This document shows positions 17,674 to 27,094 of a DNA stretch of 64,000 nt, one piece after another (within the stretch, counting starts at the first letter, position 1; every line of letters starts with the position of its first letter). The DNA lies in the IMG/VR virus record IMGVR_UViG_3300033068_000943, positions 1 through 64,000 of that record; one strand, written 5' to 3'. The translations under genes and the position numbers were made by a program. The DNA comes from a virus. Lineage: Duplodnaviria > Caudoviricetes. The notes beneath the pieces are model-generated. The model did no database searches. It had not been told where the DNA came from and was given only the letters and a program-made list of their open reading frames with translations.

Positions 17674-19778
17674 CAGTATCTCCCGTCCGGAGCCCAGCGG
17701 AACCGCACACGCCCGAGCCGGACGAAACTGTCCATGTCGGCGCCAGACACCTTGATTGCCATTTGCCGCCCACGCAGCCTCGGATTGAGATATTGCGTCG
17801 ACGCCGTGAAGGTGTACGGCCCGTATTCGCGCGGCGTGTCGCCGGGATACATCACGCTGTAGAGCGTGATCTGAACCGTGGCGTCCGGCGTGCCGTTATA
17901 CGTGCCGTACTTGAAATCAGGTATGACTCGGTCAACGAACGCCACTTGCTCGGCATCACCGATGACCCAGTATCCGGTCGTGAACGACCATTCAATCGGC
18001 GTCCCATCGGCATTCTCGCCCGTCTCCTGCGAATAGATCACTCCGGCTGGGGACGCTCCAATCGGCTGGCCAAAAACGTTCTGGTCAACCCACGCGGATC
18101 GGGCCATCGTATTCATCGGCCCAATGTCCCACACCGGCTCGCCGCCCTCGACGATGTTGACCTTGACGTAACTGTCATTCTCGCCGGAACCGCCCGACAG
18201 GCTCGGGTATTGCCACATCACCTCGTTGAATGGCGTGTTCGGGCAGCATCGAACCTTCCAAGCGTTCGTCGTGTCCAAGTCCTGAAATACCGCATCCCAT
18301 ACGGAGCATGGAATCGGCGCGACGCCATTGCCGGACAGGACGAAAAAATTTGACTGCCCCATCCAATAGACGCTGTTGCCGATCTGCCCGACCGCGTGCG
18401 AGCCGATGGCGCCGCACGCCGAGGCGATCTTGTTCTGGCCAAACACCAACCCTTGTTGTGGAGCCCCCAGATAGTTGATCGACCACAGGTCCAGATCGGT
18501 CCACAACAGGGCTTGTTGTGGCGCCTGGAGTCCCGCCACGATCCGCGATCCGGTCGGGATGCGTGCGGAGCCCGCCTGGCTGAGATTGCCGGTCGATGGG
18601 TTGACGACGCCGGGCTCCCAGAACTCGTAATCAAGCTGATCCGACCATTTATAGAGCAGCGGGTCTTGGTTGACGCCGATGGTCTGAACCGCCGTCGAGC
18701 CCCACGCGATCAGAATTTGTGCCGGCGCCGCGATGAAAATGCCGCCGTTGAAGATCGGGCCGGATGACACCAATTTGGCGTTGCTGAACCCGCCACCCGG
18801 CGTCCATGAGTAGATCGCCCCGCCACCCGGACAGGCCAGCAGCGTGGAGCCCCAATTCGCCTGCGTCCAGTCGTCCGTCGTGACTGGATCGCCCGTTTGC
18901 ACCGCCGTCGCGGTGCCCAGGCCATAGGTGCCACTTCCGTAAGTGCCAAGCCCGTACCCAACGCCGGTCGCCGCCGGCCCCAGGGCGATGTAATAAGATA
19001 GGCGCGCATAAGCGAAGCCCAACACCTGATTGATCGGTGTCGCAGCTACCGTTGCGTTCGCAAGACTCGATGCGCTGACGGTAAACGTGCTTGCGCTCGG
19101 CACCGTATTGACGGTGTAAGCCCCGTCGAGCGTGATGCCGGCAATCGTCACCGGGAACTGAAACACGAACGTGTTCCCGATGGCCAATCCATGCGCGTTG
19201 AGGGACACGGTCACGACGGCCGAGTCGAGCACGGTCGCCACGGACACGCCGCCTCCAACCGTCAGCGCCAGCGTCGTGGTCGCGTTGGTCGCTGCCGTGA
19301 TGTTATAGCTGGTGGCGCCCGCCACAAGATCGATGGGGTACAAGCCCCACAGCAACGTTCCGCCAGCCGACCACGGCGTCTCAAAAAACACCGAGTCATA
19401 CGTCGTGACCGTATCTGCGAGAGATGCGTCATGCACGGTCACGATCGGAGACCCCGCCGTCGTGTCGAACGTCAGCAGGACATTCGTCACGTGGATGGTC
19501 GGCGTAATGTCGTCGATGCCGCCGGATTCGTCGATAACGCTCAACGCCGTCGTCGATCCGGCCGACAGATACTTGTCGCCATTGATCGTCTGCCACGGCA
19601 GCAGATCGCGCGGGACGCCGCCGACCGCAAACTCGTAGAACTTCTCCCACCCGCCGATCTTTTGCGCCATGCCGGCCTTGAACCGGATGAGAGACGATGC
19701 GGAGTAACCGGCTGTGTTGGCCGTTTCCGTCAATTCGACGTTGACACCGGGCTTCAACATGACATCAGCGAACGGCAT
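17673..19778 (-). CDS. Tail hub/nozzle (packaged-DNA stabilisation, P22 gp10-like) protein
   Basis: LKPGVN..IRFKAGMAQKIGGW; WSDQ..W; YWMGQSNFF; FNEVMWQYPS; C-terminal RLRGRQMAIKV..RLG..PDGR. Confidence 0.7.
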   Translation of the reverse strand: MPFADVMLKPGVNVELTETANTAGYSASSLIRFKAGMAQKIGGWEKFYEFAVGGVPRDLLPWQTINGDKYLSAGSTTALSVIDESGGIDDITPTIHVTNVLLTFDTTAGSPIVTVHDASLADTVTTYDSVFFETPWSAGGTLLWGLYPIDLVAGATSYNITAATNATTTLALTVGGGVSVATVLDSAVVTVSLNAHGLAIGNTFVFQFPVTIAGITLDGAYTVNTVPSASTFTVSASSLANATVAATPINQVLGFAYARLSYYIALGPAATGVGYGLGTYGSGTYGLGTATAVQTGDPVTTDDWTQANWGSTLLACPGGGAIYSWTPGGGFSNAKLVSSGPIFNGGIFIAAPAQILIAWGSTAVQTIGVNQDPLLYKWSDQLDYEFWEPGVVNPSTGNLSQAGSARIPTGSRIVAGLQAPQQALLWTDLDLWSINYLGAPQQGLVFGQNKIASACGAIGSHAVGQIGNSVYWMGQSNFFVLSGNGVAPIPCSVWDAVFQDLDTTNAWKVRCCPNTPFNEVMWQYPSLSGGSGENDSYVKVNIVEGGEPVWDIGPMNTMARSAWVDQNVFGQPIGASPAGVIYSQETGENADGTPIEWSFTTGYWVIGDAEQVAFVDRVIPDFKYGTYNGTPDATVQITLYSVMYPGDTPREYGPYTFTASTQYLNPRLRGRQMAIKVSGADMDSFVRLGRVRFRWAPDGRY

Positions 19779-20148
19779 GCGGCGCCTCCAGCAAATGCGG
19801 CGTATCATCAGACGCACCGACACGATTCGCCGGAGGCTCACCAACGCCAACCGCATGGTTGAGCCGGGCGATAGCGCCGACGAGCCCGGCATCGTTGTTG
19901 CGGTGAACTTCCGCGCGCATGTTGTCGACGCTGGCCGTCGTGCCGCGCTGCTCCCTGATCAGAGCGACGTTGAGCAGTGGCACGTGGCTGATGGCGCAGC
20001 CCCACTGATCCATGTCGGCGCCCGTCTGCGGGTTTTGTCCGCGCAACAGTTGCCACCACGCGCATGTGTGGCACACCTTGACACACGGCTTGCGCCAGAG
20101 CGGGCAATAAGTTCCGTCGTTTGGATGCGATGGTTTTGGCGTCGTCAT
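19765..20148 (-). CDS. Conserved Cys-rich phage protein
   Basis: CPLWRKPC..CAWW..LRGQNPQTGADMDQWGCAI; overlaps both neighbours. Confidence 0.65.
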   Translation of the reverse strand: MTTPKPSHPNDGTYCPLWRKPCVKVCHTCAWWQLLRGQNPQTGADMDQWGCAISHVPLLNVALIREQRGTTASVDNMRAEVHRNNDAGLVGAIARLNHAVGVGEPPANRVGASDDTPHLLEAPHAVR

Positions 20149-20927
20149 GCAGCCCTGATCCCGACGACCGACGTCACCGTCTTGACCCGCATGTCGATGT
20201 AATGCTCGTGCCCAAGCCCACCGCCGGCAACGCCGGTTTGAGACGTCGCCAAGCCCACGCCGACCGTATTCGAATTGTTGATCGCCGCCGCCGAGAATGT
20301 CGTCACCTGATAGTCGTGCTGGTGCGACGGAATTTGCGCCAACGTGAGGATGTGCGAGTCCGTAGCGGTTCTCGCGAACAATGTCGTGTAATTGACCGAT
20401 CCAGTCTGCACCGCGCCCGTCGTTCCGATGCGGATGGCGTGCTCGTTGAATGTCGTGTCGAGCGTCCATCCCGCAGGAACCGAGCCTTGCATGAACAGCA
20501 TCAGCGTCCCGGCCGGGATCGGATCGGCGTTCGTCGAGCCCGCGATGCCCATGATCCGGGGGCCATTGCTGTCCACCCACATGACTCCGCGGCGGCTTTG
20601 CGGGAGCGTCACCGATCCAGCACCATTCGAGAACGCCACCGAAAAGTTTCCGGACGTCAGATTTTCCCAATAAAGAAACCCAACCAGAAGATTGCCGCCC
20701 GTACTGACGGTAATGTTTTTTAGCAGCGTCCCTGTCATCCGCAGGGCCGCATTTCGGCACTCGCCAGCCGACATCGTGTAGTCGGTTCCAGACAGCGCAA
20801 CCGTCGTAATGCCGCCGAGCATCTGATCGACATACTGCGTCATCTGGTTATTGAGGACGCTGCCCCACGTTCCGGCGTTCGTGCCGGTGGTCTGGACTTC
20901 CAGGCCCTTGTTTGTTGTTGCCGGCAT
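20145..20927 (-). CDS. Tail fibre / collar-domain protein
   Basis: GTNAGTWG N-terminus; IPAGTLMLFMQGSVPAGW; HILTLAQIPSHQH. Confidence 0.7.
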   Translation of the reverse strand: MPATTNKGLEVQTTGTNAGTWGSVLNNQMTQYVDQMLGGITTVALSGTDYTMSAGECRNAALRMTGTLLKNITVSTGGNLLVGFLYWENLTSGNFSVAFSNGAGSVTLPQSRRGVMWVDSNGPRIMGIAGSTNADPIPAGTLMLFMQGSVPAGWTLDTTFNEHAIRIGTTGAVQTGSVNYTTLFARTATDSHILTLAQIPSHQHDYQVTTFSAAAINNSNTVGVGLATSQTGVAGGGLGHEHYIDMRVKTVTSVVGIRAA

Positions 20928-20930
20928 CGA

Positions 20931-21662
20931 TTATCCCCGTTGCGGTTGCGCCATCGGCTCAACCGGCTTTGATGTCCACGACGCGCCGCCGAACCGCTTG
21001 CGGGCCTCCCACACTTGAGCACTCGTCAGCAGCTTGGTGTATTGCGCCTCCCACGACATGGCCGCCTTCGGGTCGTCGGCCTGCGACCCAAAGTTGCGCT
21101 CGTACCCAGTGAGATAGACCATGCATGCCGCGATGTAGAGATCGGGCAGGTTGTCAGTGAGGTAAGTGTTTGCGTTCGCCGCCGACAGCACGGGCGGCTG
21201 TATCTTGCCAATAACCTCGACCCGATATGCTGCATCCGGCCACGGCCCGAACAGCACTTGCGCCTGCGATGATCCGGTGTATGTGTCCTGACTGATGTAC
21301 GCGAAGTATTGCGGCACGGTAGCGCCGGTCGTGGACGGCCATATTGCGTCGAGCACATCGCGGCTTACGGGCGTCAACGGATGCCGCGTTCCGGAGTCGG
21401 GGCCGGTCGCAGCCGGAGTGATAACGTTGATGCCATCGACGACGAGAAACGTGCCGACCGTCGTCGGCAAGTTGAAGTTCCGATTGAGCGCAGCCGTCGA
21501 TGCCGTGCTGTCCCGCACGTTCGCGACCAGCATGTCGAGATCGCGATAAATGCGGCCATCCGCATAAACCCACACGCTCGGCAGCACGGCGACGAAATTC
21601 GCGTCCGTCTCCGGGATTCCGGTCATCGTCGATAGCGTCGTGACGATCTGCGCATAATTCAT
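20931..21662 (-). CDS. Head-to-tail adaptor protein
   Basis: MNYAQIV..ADGRIYRDLD..PQYFA..GPWPDAAY..NTYLTDNLPDLYIAAC..WEAQY. Confidence 0.65.
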   Translation of the reverse strand: MNYAQIVTTLSTMTGIPETDANFVAVLPSVWVYADGRIYRDLDMLVANVRDSTASTAALNRNFNLPTTVGTFLVVDGINVITPAATGPDSGTRHPLTPVSRDVLDAIWPSTTGATVPQYFAYISQDTYTGSSQAQVLFGPWPDAAYRVEVIGKIQPPVLSAANANTYLTDNLPDLYIAACMVYLTGYERNFGSQADDPKAAMSWEAQYTKLLTSAQVWEARKRFGGASWTSKPVEPMAQPQRG

Positions 21663-21672
21663 GCTTCAACCC

Positions 21673-23187
21673 TCAATACAGAGTTGCAACGGAAAGCCCG
21701 TTGAACGAGCCGCCGTAGAACGTGCAGGCATTGGTTCCGTCCCCCTGCTCAAGCCCTTGGACATAGTTCCAACCGAGACCCGGGAGCCCGGAGTATGTCG
21801 GCGTGACGTTAGAGTTGAACGTGCACGAGCCGTTGCCGTAAATCTGCGACGCCAGCGACAAAGTTGCGCCGGCCGTTGTTGCGTTGACGCCGATCCGAAT
21901 GATGGACGACGCCGTGGTGGCCGACAGAAGCATGCAGACGGACCACGAGGCGTCGACGCTGTCCTCGTTGAGCCCGCGCGCCATCGTCACCCGCATCGTT
22001 GTCGCGTCGTTGTACGACCGAACAGTCGAAGATGAGTAGGTGTGATTGCTCCCGCTGTCGCGAACGAACATCGACACACGCGCGCGATTGTAGGCATTGA
22101 ACACGCCGATTACCCCAGCCGTGCCGCCGGTCGATGCCGCGCCAAAAATGAAATCAATCTGGCTTGATGTGTTCGAGAGAACCGTGCCGACGTAGGTGCC
22201 CTTCGTAGCTGCGGGACCGTTGGTGATGTCGTTCGCATTCGTCCACAAGCCGTTCGTGCGAGCGATTTCTGTTGTCCCCGCGCCCGTCCCGCGCGACGTG
22301 ACGTAGGACGTTACGGTTTGCGTGCCAGATGACGACCCACCCGTCCCCACAAACGTGCCAGCCGCGGCGTTTGCGACCGACGTTGCCAGATTGAACGAGT
22401 TCGCCGATGGGCTTCGCCCGACGTAGTACACCGTGTTGGTCGTGATGCCTGTTGGCAGCGTTGTCCCCGTAACGACGACCGGCGTGCCCTCGGTCAACCC
22501 GTGGGCCGTCCACGTCACAACGGCCGGCGTCGCCGTGCTGATGATGGCAGACCCCGACGTCCCATAAGACCATCCCGGCCCGCGCGTGCACCGGATCGTG
22601 CCACTGTCATTCCACACGAACATATCGTAGAGCGCCGGCACGTTGGTTGCCGACCCGAACGTCCCGACCGCCGCCGGGCTCTTGGTCGTATCCGTCGTCG
22701 CTTGGCTCAATTCCGTAAACGGCGTGTTGACGAAGAACGCGCCATTGTAGATCGGCACGATGTTGCCGTTGTATGGTGTGTAATAGACCGTCGTTGCTGC
22801 CGAGACGGTCGATGTCATGACCGGGGCGCCCGTGCTCAACGTGACGCGCCCTTGCGGCAAGACGGAGCCGAGGATCGCGTTTTCCGCAAGCCCCAGGATG
22901 AACACTTGCGCCGATCCAGACAGACTGATGGCGTTATTGGAGTTGGTCGATCTGAGCACGTTGCGCGTCAGCGTCGTGCCCGCTGACGTGTAGGTGCCAT
23001 ACCCGACCTCGCTGTTGTTCGTGTCGGCGATGCCGTACATGACGACCTCGCCATCCGCCACGCCCGCCGAGGCAAACGACAGGTAAAGAACGCTGTTGAC
23101 GGTAGCGGCCGACCCGAGCGTGATTGTGCCCGTGCCCGTTGTGGCCGTCGTCATGCGCGCCAAATTGTAAAGCTTGATGACGGCCAT
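21673..23187 (-). CDS. Tail fibre/spike (receptor-binding candidate)
   Basis: Thr/Gly/Ser-rich 504 aa; TTATTGTGTITLG..EVGYGTY..TLTR N-terminal module; PQGRVTLSTGAPV. Confidence 0.65.
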   Translation of the reverse strand: MAVIKLYNLARMTTATTGTGTITLGSAATVNSVLYLSFASAGVADGEVVMYGIADTNNSEVGYGTYTSAGTTLTRNVLRSTNSNNAISLSGSAQVFILGLAENAILGSVLPQGRVTLSTGAPVMTSTVSAATTVYYTPYNGNIVPIYNGAFFVNTPFTELSQATTDTTKSPAAVGTFGSATNVPALYDMFVWNDSGTIRCTRGPGWSYGTSGSAIISTATPAVVTWTAHGLTEGTPVVVTGTTLPTGITTNTVYYVGRSPSANSFNLATSVANAAAGTFVGTGGSSSGTQTVTSYVTSRGTGAGTTEIARTNGLWTNANDITNGPAATKGTYVGTVLSNTSSQIDFIFGAASTGGTAGVIGVFNAYNRARVSMFVRDSGSNHTYSSSTVRSYNDATTMRVTMARGLNEDSVDASWSVCMLLSATTASSIIRIGVNATTAGATLSLASQIYGNGSCTFNSNVTPTYSGLPGLGWNYVQGLEQGDGTNACTFYGGSFNGLSVATLY

Positions 23188-23261
23188 CGGCGTCGCATCT
23201 CCTTGTCATGGGCACGGAATCGACACGGGACACGACGCAACAAACCCAACGCCCAACAACG

Positions 23262-24005
23262 TCAGCAGATCACATACCCTCGCCCGACAGGCGTGTAGAA
23301 CGGCGCATGAGACCTCGATATTTCTTGGTTGCTTCCAGCGTCAATGCGGGCCGGATGGCGAACGGGCAGCGAGAATGGGACGTACCAACTCGTCGTTCCC
23401 TGGTCTTCCGGAAACGGCTCTGCCGTGTAGGAGGGCTGATTGCCGACGTTGAGTGCCGGCCGATAGCGCTTCGGCTCGGACATCGGAACATCCCAGCCGA
23501 TATTGATTGCCGGGAACAGGTTGCGCGGCCCGGCGCCGGATGGCTGCGCCGCAGACCGCAGCGCGGCAGCAAATCGCTTGGGCGCGGATAGCGGCACGAA
23601 CCATGCGACATTGACGATCGGGACCAGATTGCGCGGCCCAGGGCCGGACGGCTGCGCCGCCACACGCAGGGCAGCGGGGAACCTCTTAGGCTCTGACAGC
23701 GGCACGAACCACGACATGTCGATGATCGGGAACGGATGAAGCGCCCCGGACGTGTGTGGCTGGAGTGCTGCGGGCAGCCCCTTGGGGAACCGCTTCGGTT
23801 CCGAAAGCGGCATCCGCCACGCCATGATGTTGGGCAACGGCGCGGGGTTGAACGCACCCTGCTGATGCAGGCTCGGATGCAGGCCATTCGGGAACCGCTT
23901 CGGCTCCGATAGCGCGTAGCTGATTCCGTAGACAGCAGCCGTGGCGGCGCCTTCCTCGGATTCACCGAGGGCAAACTGCCCGATCGCGCCGAACGACTGC
24001 ATCAT
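23262..24005 (-). CDS. Protein built of about 36-aa repeats (W-x-x-P-L-S-E-P-K-R-F)
   Basis: Five full repeats plus one degenerate repeat visible in the translation. Confidence 0.7.
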   Translation of the reverse strand: MMQSFGAIGQFALGESEEGAATAAVYGISYALSEPKRFPNGLHPSLHQQGAFNPAPLPNIMAWRMPLSEPKRFPKGLPAALQPHTSGALHPFPIIDMSWFVPLSEPKRFPAALRVAAQPSGPGPRNLVPIVNVAWFVPLSAPKRFAAALRSAAQPSGAGPRNLFPAINIGWDVPMSEPKRYRPALNVGNQPSYTAEPFPEDQGTTSWYVPFSLPVRHPARIDAGSNQEISRSHAPFYTPVGRGYVIC

Positions 24006-24034
24006 CTCGCGTTATCCGCCACGTCACCAGATCG

Positions 24035-24295
24035 TCACGTCAGTCCGTAGGACCGGCGCGCGTGGTAACTCGCCTCCCATCGATCCAGCTTGCGCTGGAT
24101 TTCATCACATCCCCTTCCGACGCACGCCGGGCAGATAAGCCCGGAACAGACCCCGCATAGGCCGCCCATATCGGCCGGGTCCATCTTCGGCTCGACGGCA
24201 ATGACCGTGTTACAGTGCCGGCACGTGAACGTGTCACACTCGCGTACCTTGCCGTTCGCCGTCGTCGTGATCAGCACGCCTTGCGCGCGGCGCAT
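24035..24295 (-). CDS. Small Cys-rich zinc-binding protein
   Basis: CRHC..CGVC..CPAC..C. Confidence 0.65.
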   Translation of the reverse strand: MRRAQGVLITTTANGKVRECDTFTCRHCNTVIAVEPKMDPADMGGLCGVCSGLICPACVGRGCDEIQRKLDRWEASYHARRSYGLT

Positions 24296-24307
24296 CGCAA
24301 CTCTCCG

Positions 24308-24652
24308 TTAAAGCAGGGCTTTCATGGCGATCTCGCCCGCCGGACCTCCGGCATCGACGATTGCACGCAGGGCCGCTTCCAGCCTGTGATTGCGCTGTTG
24401 CAGCCAAGTCGCGCGATCCAGGGCGTCCGTATAAGCAGGCCCGTGATCGACGTGGACGTTTTCGGTCAGGCACATCGGACACTGCCCATCCATGCGTTCA
24501 TCCAGCGGGCGAGGCCGCCGGACGAACCCATACTCGTTGGCCGCCAACGCCCGCACGACGCGAGAAGATGCCGCCCGGCGCGACTCCGCAGTGGAGTCGG
24601 CCGGATGGGCGATGGCGACCTCAATGACCTCTTGCGGGCAAGCCACGATCAC
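24308..24652 (-). CDS. Hypothetical protein (CPMC motif)
   Basis: GTG start overlapping the upstream TGA; start uncertain. Confidence 0.4.
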   Translation of the reverse strand: MIVACPQEVIEVAIAHPADSTAESRRAASSRVVRALAANEYGFVRRPRPLDERMDGQCPMCLTENVHVDHGPAYTDALDRATWLQQRNHRLEAALRAIVDAGGPAGEIAMKALL

Positions 24653-25116
24653 AACTCCGTAAACCAAGCCTCGATGATTGCCGTGCTGGTGTAGGAAGCC
24701 GACTTGGCGCGCAGAGCGAACCCGTTGGCGTTCGTGGCCGGATAGACAAGCTCCCCCCCCGGAGCCGCGACCCAACGTTGCGTTGCGCGCTGATTGAGGG
24801 CCATCGCCAGCACAGACGATGTGGCCGTGACGGTCGGCTCGACAGTCGCATTGGCCGTGGCCGTGCCGCTGAACGCGGCGTCAGCGGGGTTGATCGGCAC
24901 CGCCGTGACAGTCGTGGCGGTGCCGGCGGCCGTTTGGCGCGAGATGTCGAACACCAGAGCATTGTCGGCCGGCGTGCCGTCCGCGCCGAAAATGACATCG
25001 TAAATCTGACCGCGCCGCGCGGTGGCGCCGGCCACGATCGATACGATCGTCTTGTAGGAAGACGACAGGTTTTGCTGCGTGCCGCCCAGCGTGTTGTTGA
25101 CCGAATAGTTTGCCAT
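24649..25116 (-). CDS. Putative virion structural protein
   Basis: MANYSVNNT..; Ala/Thr-rich beta protein in the structural operon. Confidence 0.6.
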   Translation of the reverse strand: MANYSVNNTLGGTQQNLSSSYKTIVSIVAGATARRGQIYDVIFGADGTPADNALVFDISRQTAAGTATTVTAVPINPADAAFSGTATANATVEPTVTATSSVLAMALNQRATQRWVAAPGGELVYPATNANGFALRAKSASYTSTAIIEAWFTEL

Positions 25117-25129
25117 CGAGGTTCCCGGA

Positions 25130-25663
25130 TCAGTTGACGACGCGCACAAGCTCAAGCGACATCGTGACCCGCGTCACGTTCGCCGTTGCGGACACAAGCA
25201 CAAAGGCGATCACGTCGCCTTCGGAAAAGTTGGTCGTCCAGCCCGACGTGTTGATCGTCGCCTTGGTGCTGGCCGTTATCGTCGGCTGAGATCCGCCAAC
25301 AATCGAGTTGCCTGCGTTGGGCGTTGTCGGCGGGTCGAATTGCGCAAACGTGCACTTGTAGACGTCCATGACCACGGTGCCCGTCGCGTTCGACAGCATC
25401 GTCGCCGAGTTGAGGTTGCCGTCGAACGGCACCGTCAGATACCCCCACACTTGCGGCGTCAGATTGCCGCCCCCGCCGTCGATCGTGAACTCGATCGCGG
25501 ACGGCAGATTGGCCGTCAACCCGAGCGAGGCGAGCAGACCCGACTCCGCCCGCTTCGTCACGTCGTTCGGGCTCGTCCCCTGGACCACGGGCACCCACTC
25601 GGTTCCATCAAGGCTTGTCGCCACTGGAAGCGTGAGGATATTCGTCGTCAATGGCGTCGGCAT
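25130..25663 (-). CDS. Putative virion structural protein
   Basis: LPVATSLDGTEWVPVVQ N-terminal motif seen in tail proteins; GGAGG SD. Confidence 0.6.
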   Translation of the reverse strand: MPTPLTTNILTLPVATSLDGTEWVPVVQGTSPNDVTKRAESGLLASLGLTANLPSAIEFTIDGGGGNLTPQVWGYLTVPFDGNLNSATMLSNATGTVVMDVYKCTFAQFDPPTTPNAGNSIVGGSQPTITASTKATINTSGWTTNFSEGDVIAFVLVSATANVTRVTMSLELVRVVN

Positions 25664-25666
25664 GTC

Positions 25667-26401
25667 TCACGACCTCCGGAACACGAGACCGAGCGGCGCG
25701 ATGGACACAGGATTGCCATCTGCAATCGTCGGCGAAGCACTGACGGCTCCTTTCCAATACAGAGCCCCCGACACGGACGCCGAATAGAACGCGATCCAAT
25801 TCACGTTGGTCTGGCTCGCCGACTCTGTCGTCACGACAACATAATCGGGGTTGACGTAGACGCTGTTTGCCCGAGCTAGGGCGAGTTGCGACGCGATATC
25901 CGTGCGCACCGACGAGCCAGTGATGGCGGCCAGCACCGACGATCCTCCGTTCTCCGGTTCGCCTTTGAACAGATCAAGGTACGCCGTCGTTATCGTTGCT
26001 CCGGGCGCGTCGATAACAGCCTGTAGGTACGACGTGTTGGCACCATCGGAGGGATTCGGCAACGCCGTAGTCATGTTCACGCCGTCTTGGGTCGTGATAA
26101 TGCTGCCGTCTTGCGTCAGCATCCACGACGCCTCATCCATCGTGTATGGCTCCGGGCGCGCGTTGAAGATCGGCGGTGGGTCCGGCGGGAGAATGTATGG
26201 CGACAACTGCGGTTGCGGCTTGTCATAGCACCGCGGACACACGAGCAGTCGCGTGTTCTGCAATTGCGACGTGCCTTGGTAGTCGTACTGCCACGTCAGC
26301 TTCCACAGATTGTGCACGAACCCGCAGCGGTCGCACGTCCCCCATGCGCGCGGGTTCTCCGGATCGACTGCGGCGTTCTTTGGATGCCATCTATAGGCCA
26401 T
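25667..26401 (-). CDS. Conserved phage protein with CxxC-CxxC N-terminus
   Basis: AWGTCDRCGF..LLVCPRCYDKPQPQL..NARPE. Confidence 0.65.
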   Translation of the reverse strand: MAYRWHPKNAAVDPENPRAWGTCDRCGFVHNLWKLTWQYDYQGTSQLQNTRLLVCPRCYDKPQPQLSPYILPPDPPPIFNARPEPYTMDEASWMLTQDGSIITTQDGVNMTTALPNPSDGANTSYLQAVIDAPGATITTAYLDLFKGEPENGGSSVLAAITGSSVRTDIASQLALARANSVYVNPDYVVVTTESASQTNVNWIAFYSASVSGALYWKGAVSASPTIADGNPVSIAPLGLVFRRS

Positions 26402-26404
26402 CGA

Positions 26405-27094
26405 TCACCGCCAGTAGCCGTCTGTCGACGGCTGGAGATAGATCGGCACGTCCTCCTGATCCTCGATTGCCGCGTCGGCCCACGCTTCCGCCGCATCGGC
26501 CTTGCGCATGGCTTCACGATCCGGCGCGTAGATGCGCGCAAGCCTGTATGCAAGCTCCGACACGTAGACGTCCAGCCACCTGTACGGCAGATCGAGTGTC
26601 GCGCCGGATGCGAGGCTCACGTCTTCGATCTGTCGCACAACACGAAGGTTCAGCGTGTACGTGGCGCTGTCGTCGGGAACCGGCCACATGGTGATTTCAG
26701 GTGTTATTTGCCGGTTATACCAGTACGACGTTGGCGGGCCTGATTGCGTTTTATCGGGGATTGCCGAGTATTCGAACGTCGAATACGGCCACACAACCCT
26801 GTCGGTCGATACTCCTCCCGAGGTTGTCGACAGATATGCCGCCTGGATCGCAATCGTCGATGCCGGAAGCTCATACGTCGCCGTCCCGGAGATCATGCTC
26901 GTCGATATCAGCGCTGACGTCCACAAGTTCGGCTGGCGGTTGGCCAGCTTCACTTGTGTCAGGTTCGCTTCGTTCTCTGCGTCGGCCAGATGTTGCGGCG
27001 TGATCTCTGTCCGCCTGATGCCAATGCGGCCGAACGCGGTCATCGTCAGGTTCGACGCAGCCGGGTTGTAGGCCGTGGTGCCGGTCGACGTCAT
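26405..27094 (-). CDS. Head-tail adaptor/connector protein
   Basis: MTSTGTTAYN..NRQPNLWT..YSAIPDKTQSGPPTSYW..WPVPD..DLPYRW..LAYRLA. Confidence 0.65.
   Translation of the reverse strand: MTSTGTTAYNPAASNLTMTAFGRIGIRRTEITPQHLADAENEANLTQVKLANRQPNLWTSALISTSMISGTATYELPASTIAIQAAYLSTTSGGVSTDRVVWPYSTFEYSAIPDKTQSGPPTSYWYNRQITPEITMWPVPDDSATYTLNLRVVRQIEDVSLASGATLDLPYRWLDVYVSELAYRLARIYAPDREAMRKADAAEAWADAAIEDQEDVPIYLQPSTDGYWR

Noticed and set aside
23262-24005. Diversity-generating retroelement TR/VR pair
   Set aside because: Repeats are tandem and coding, differences are not adenine-specific, and no reverse transcriptase is present in the window.
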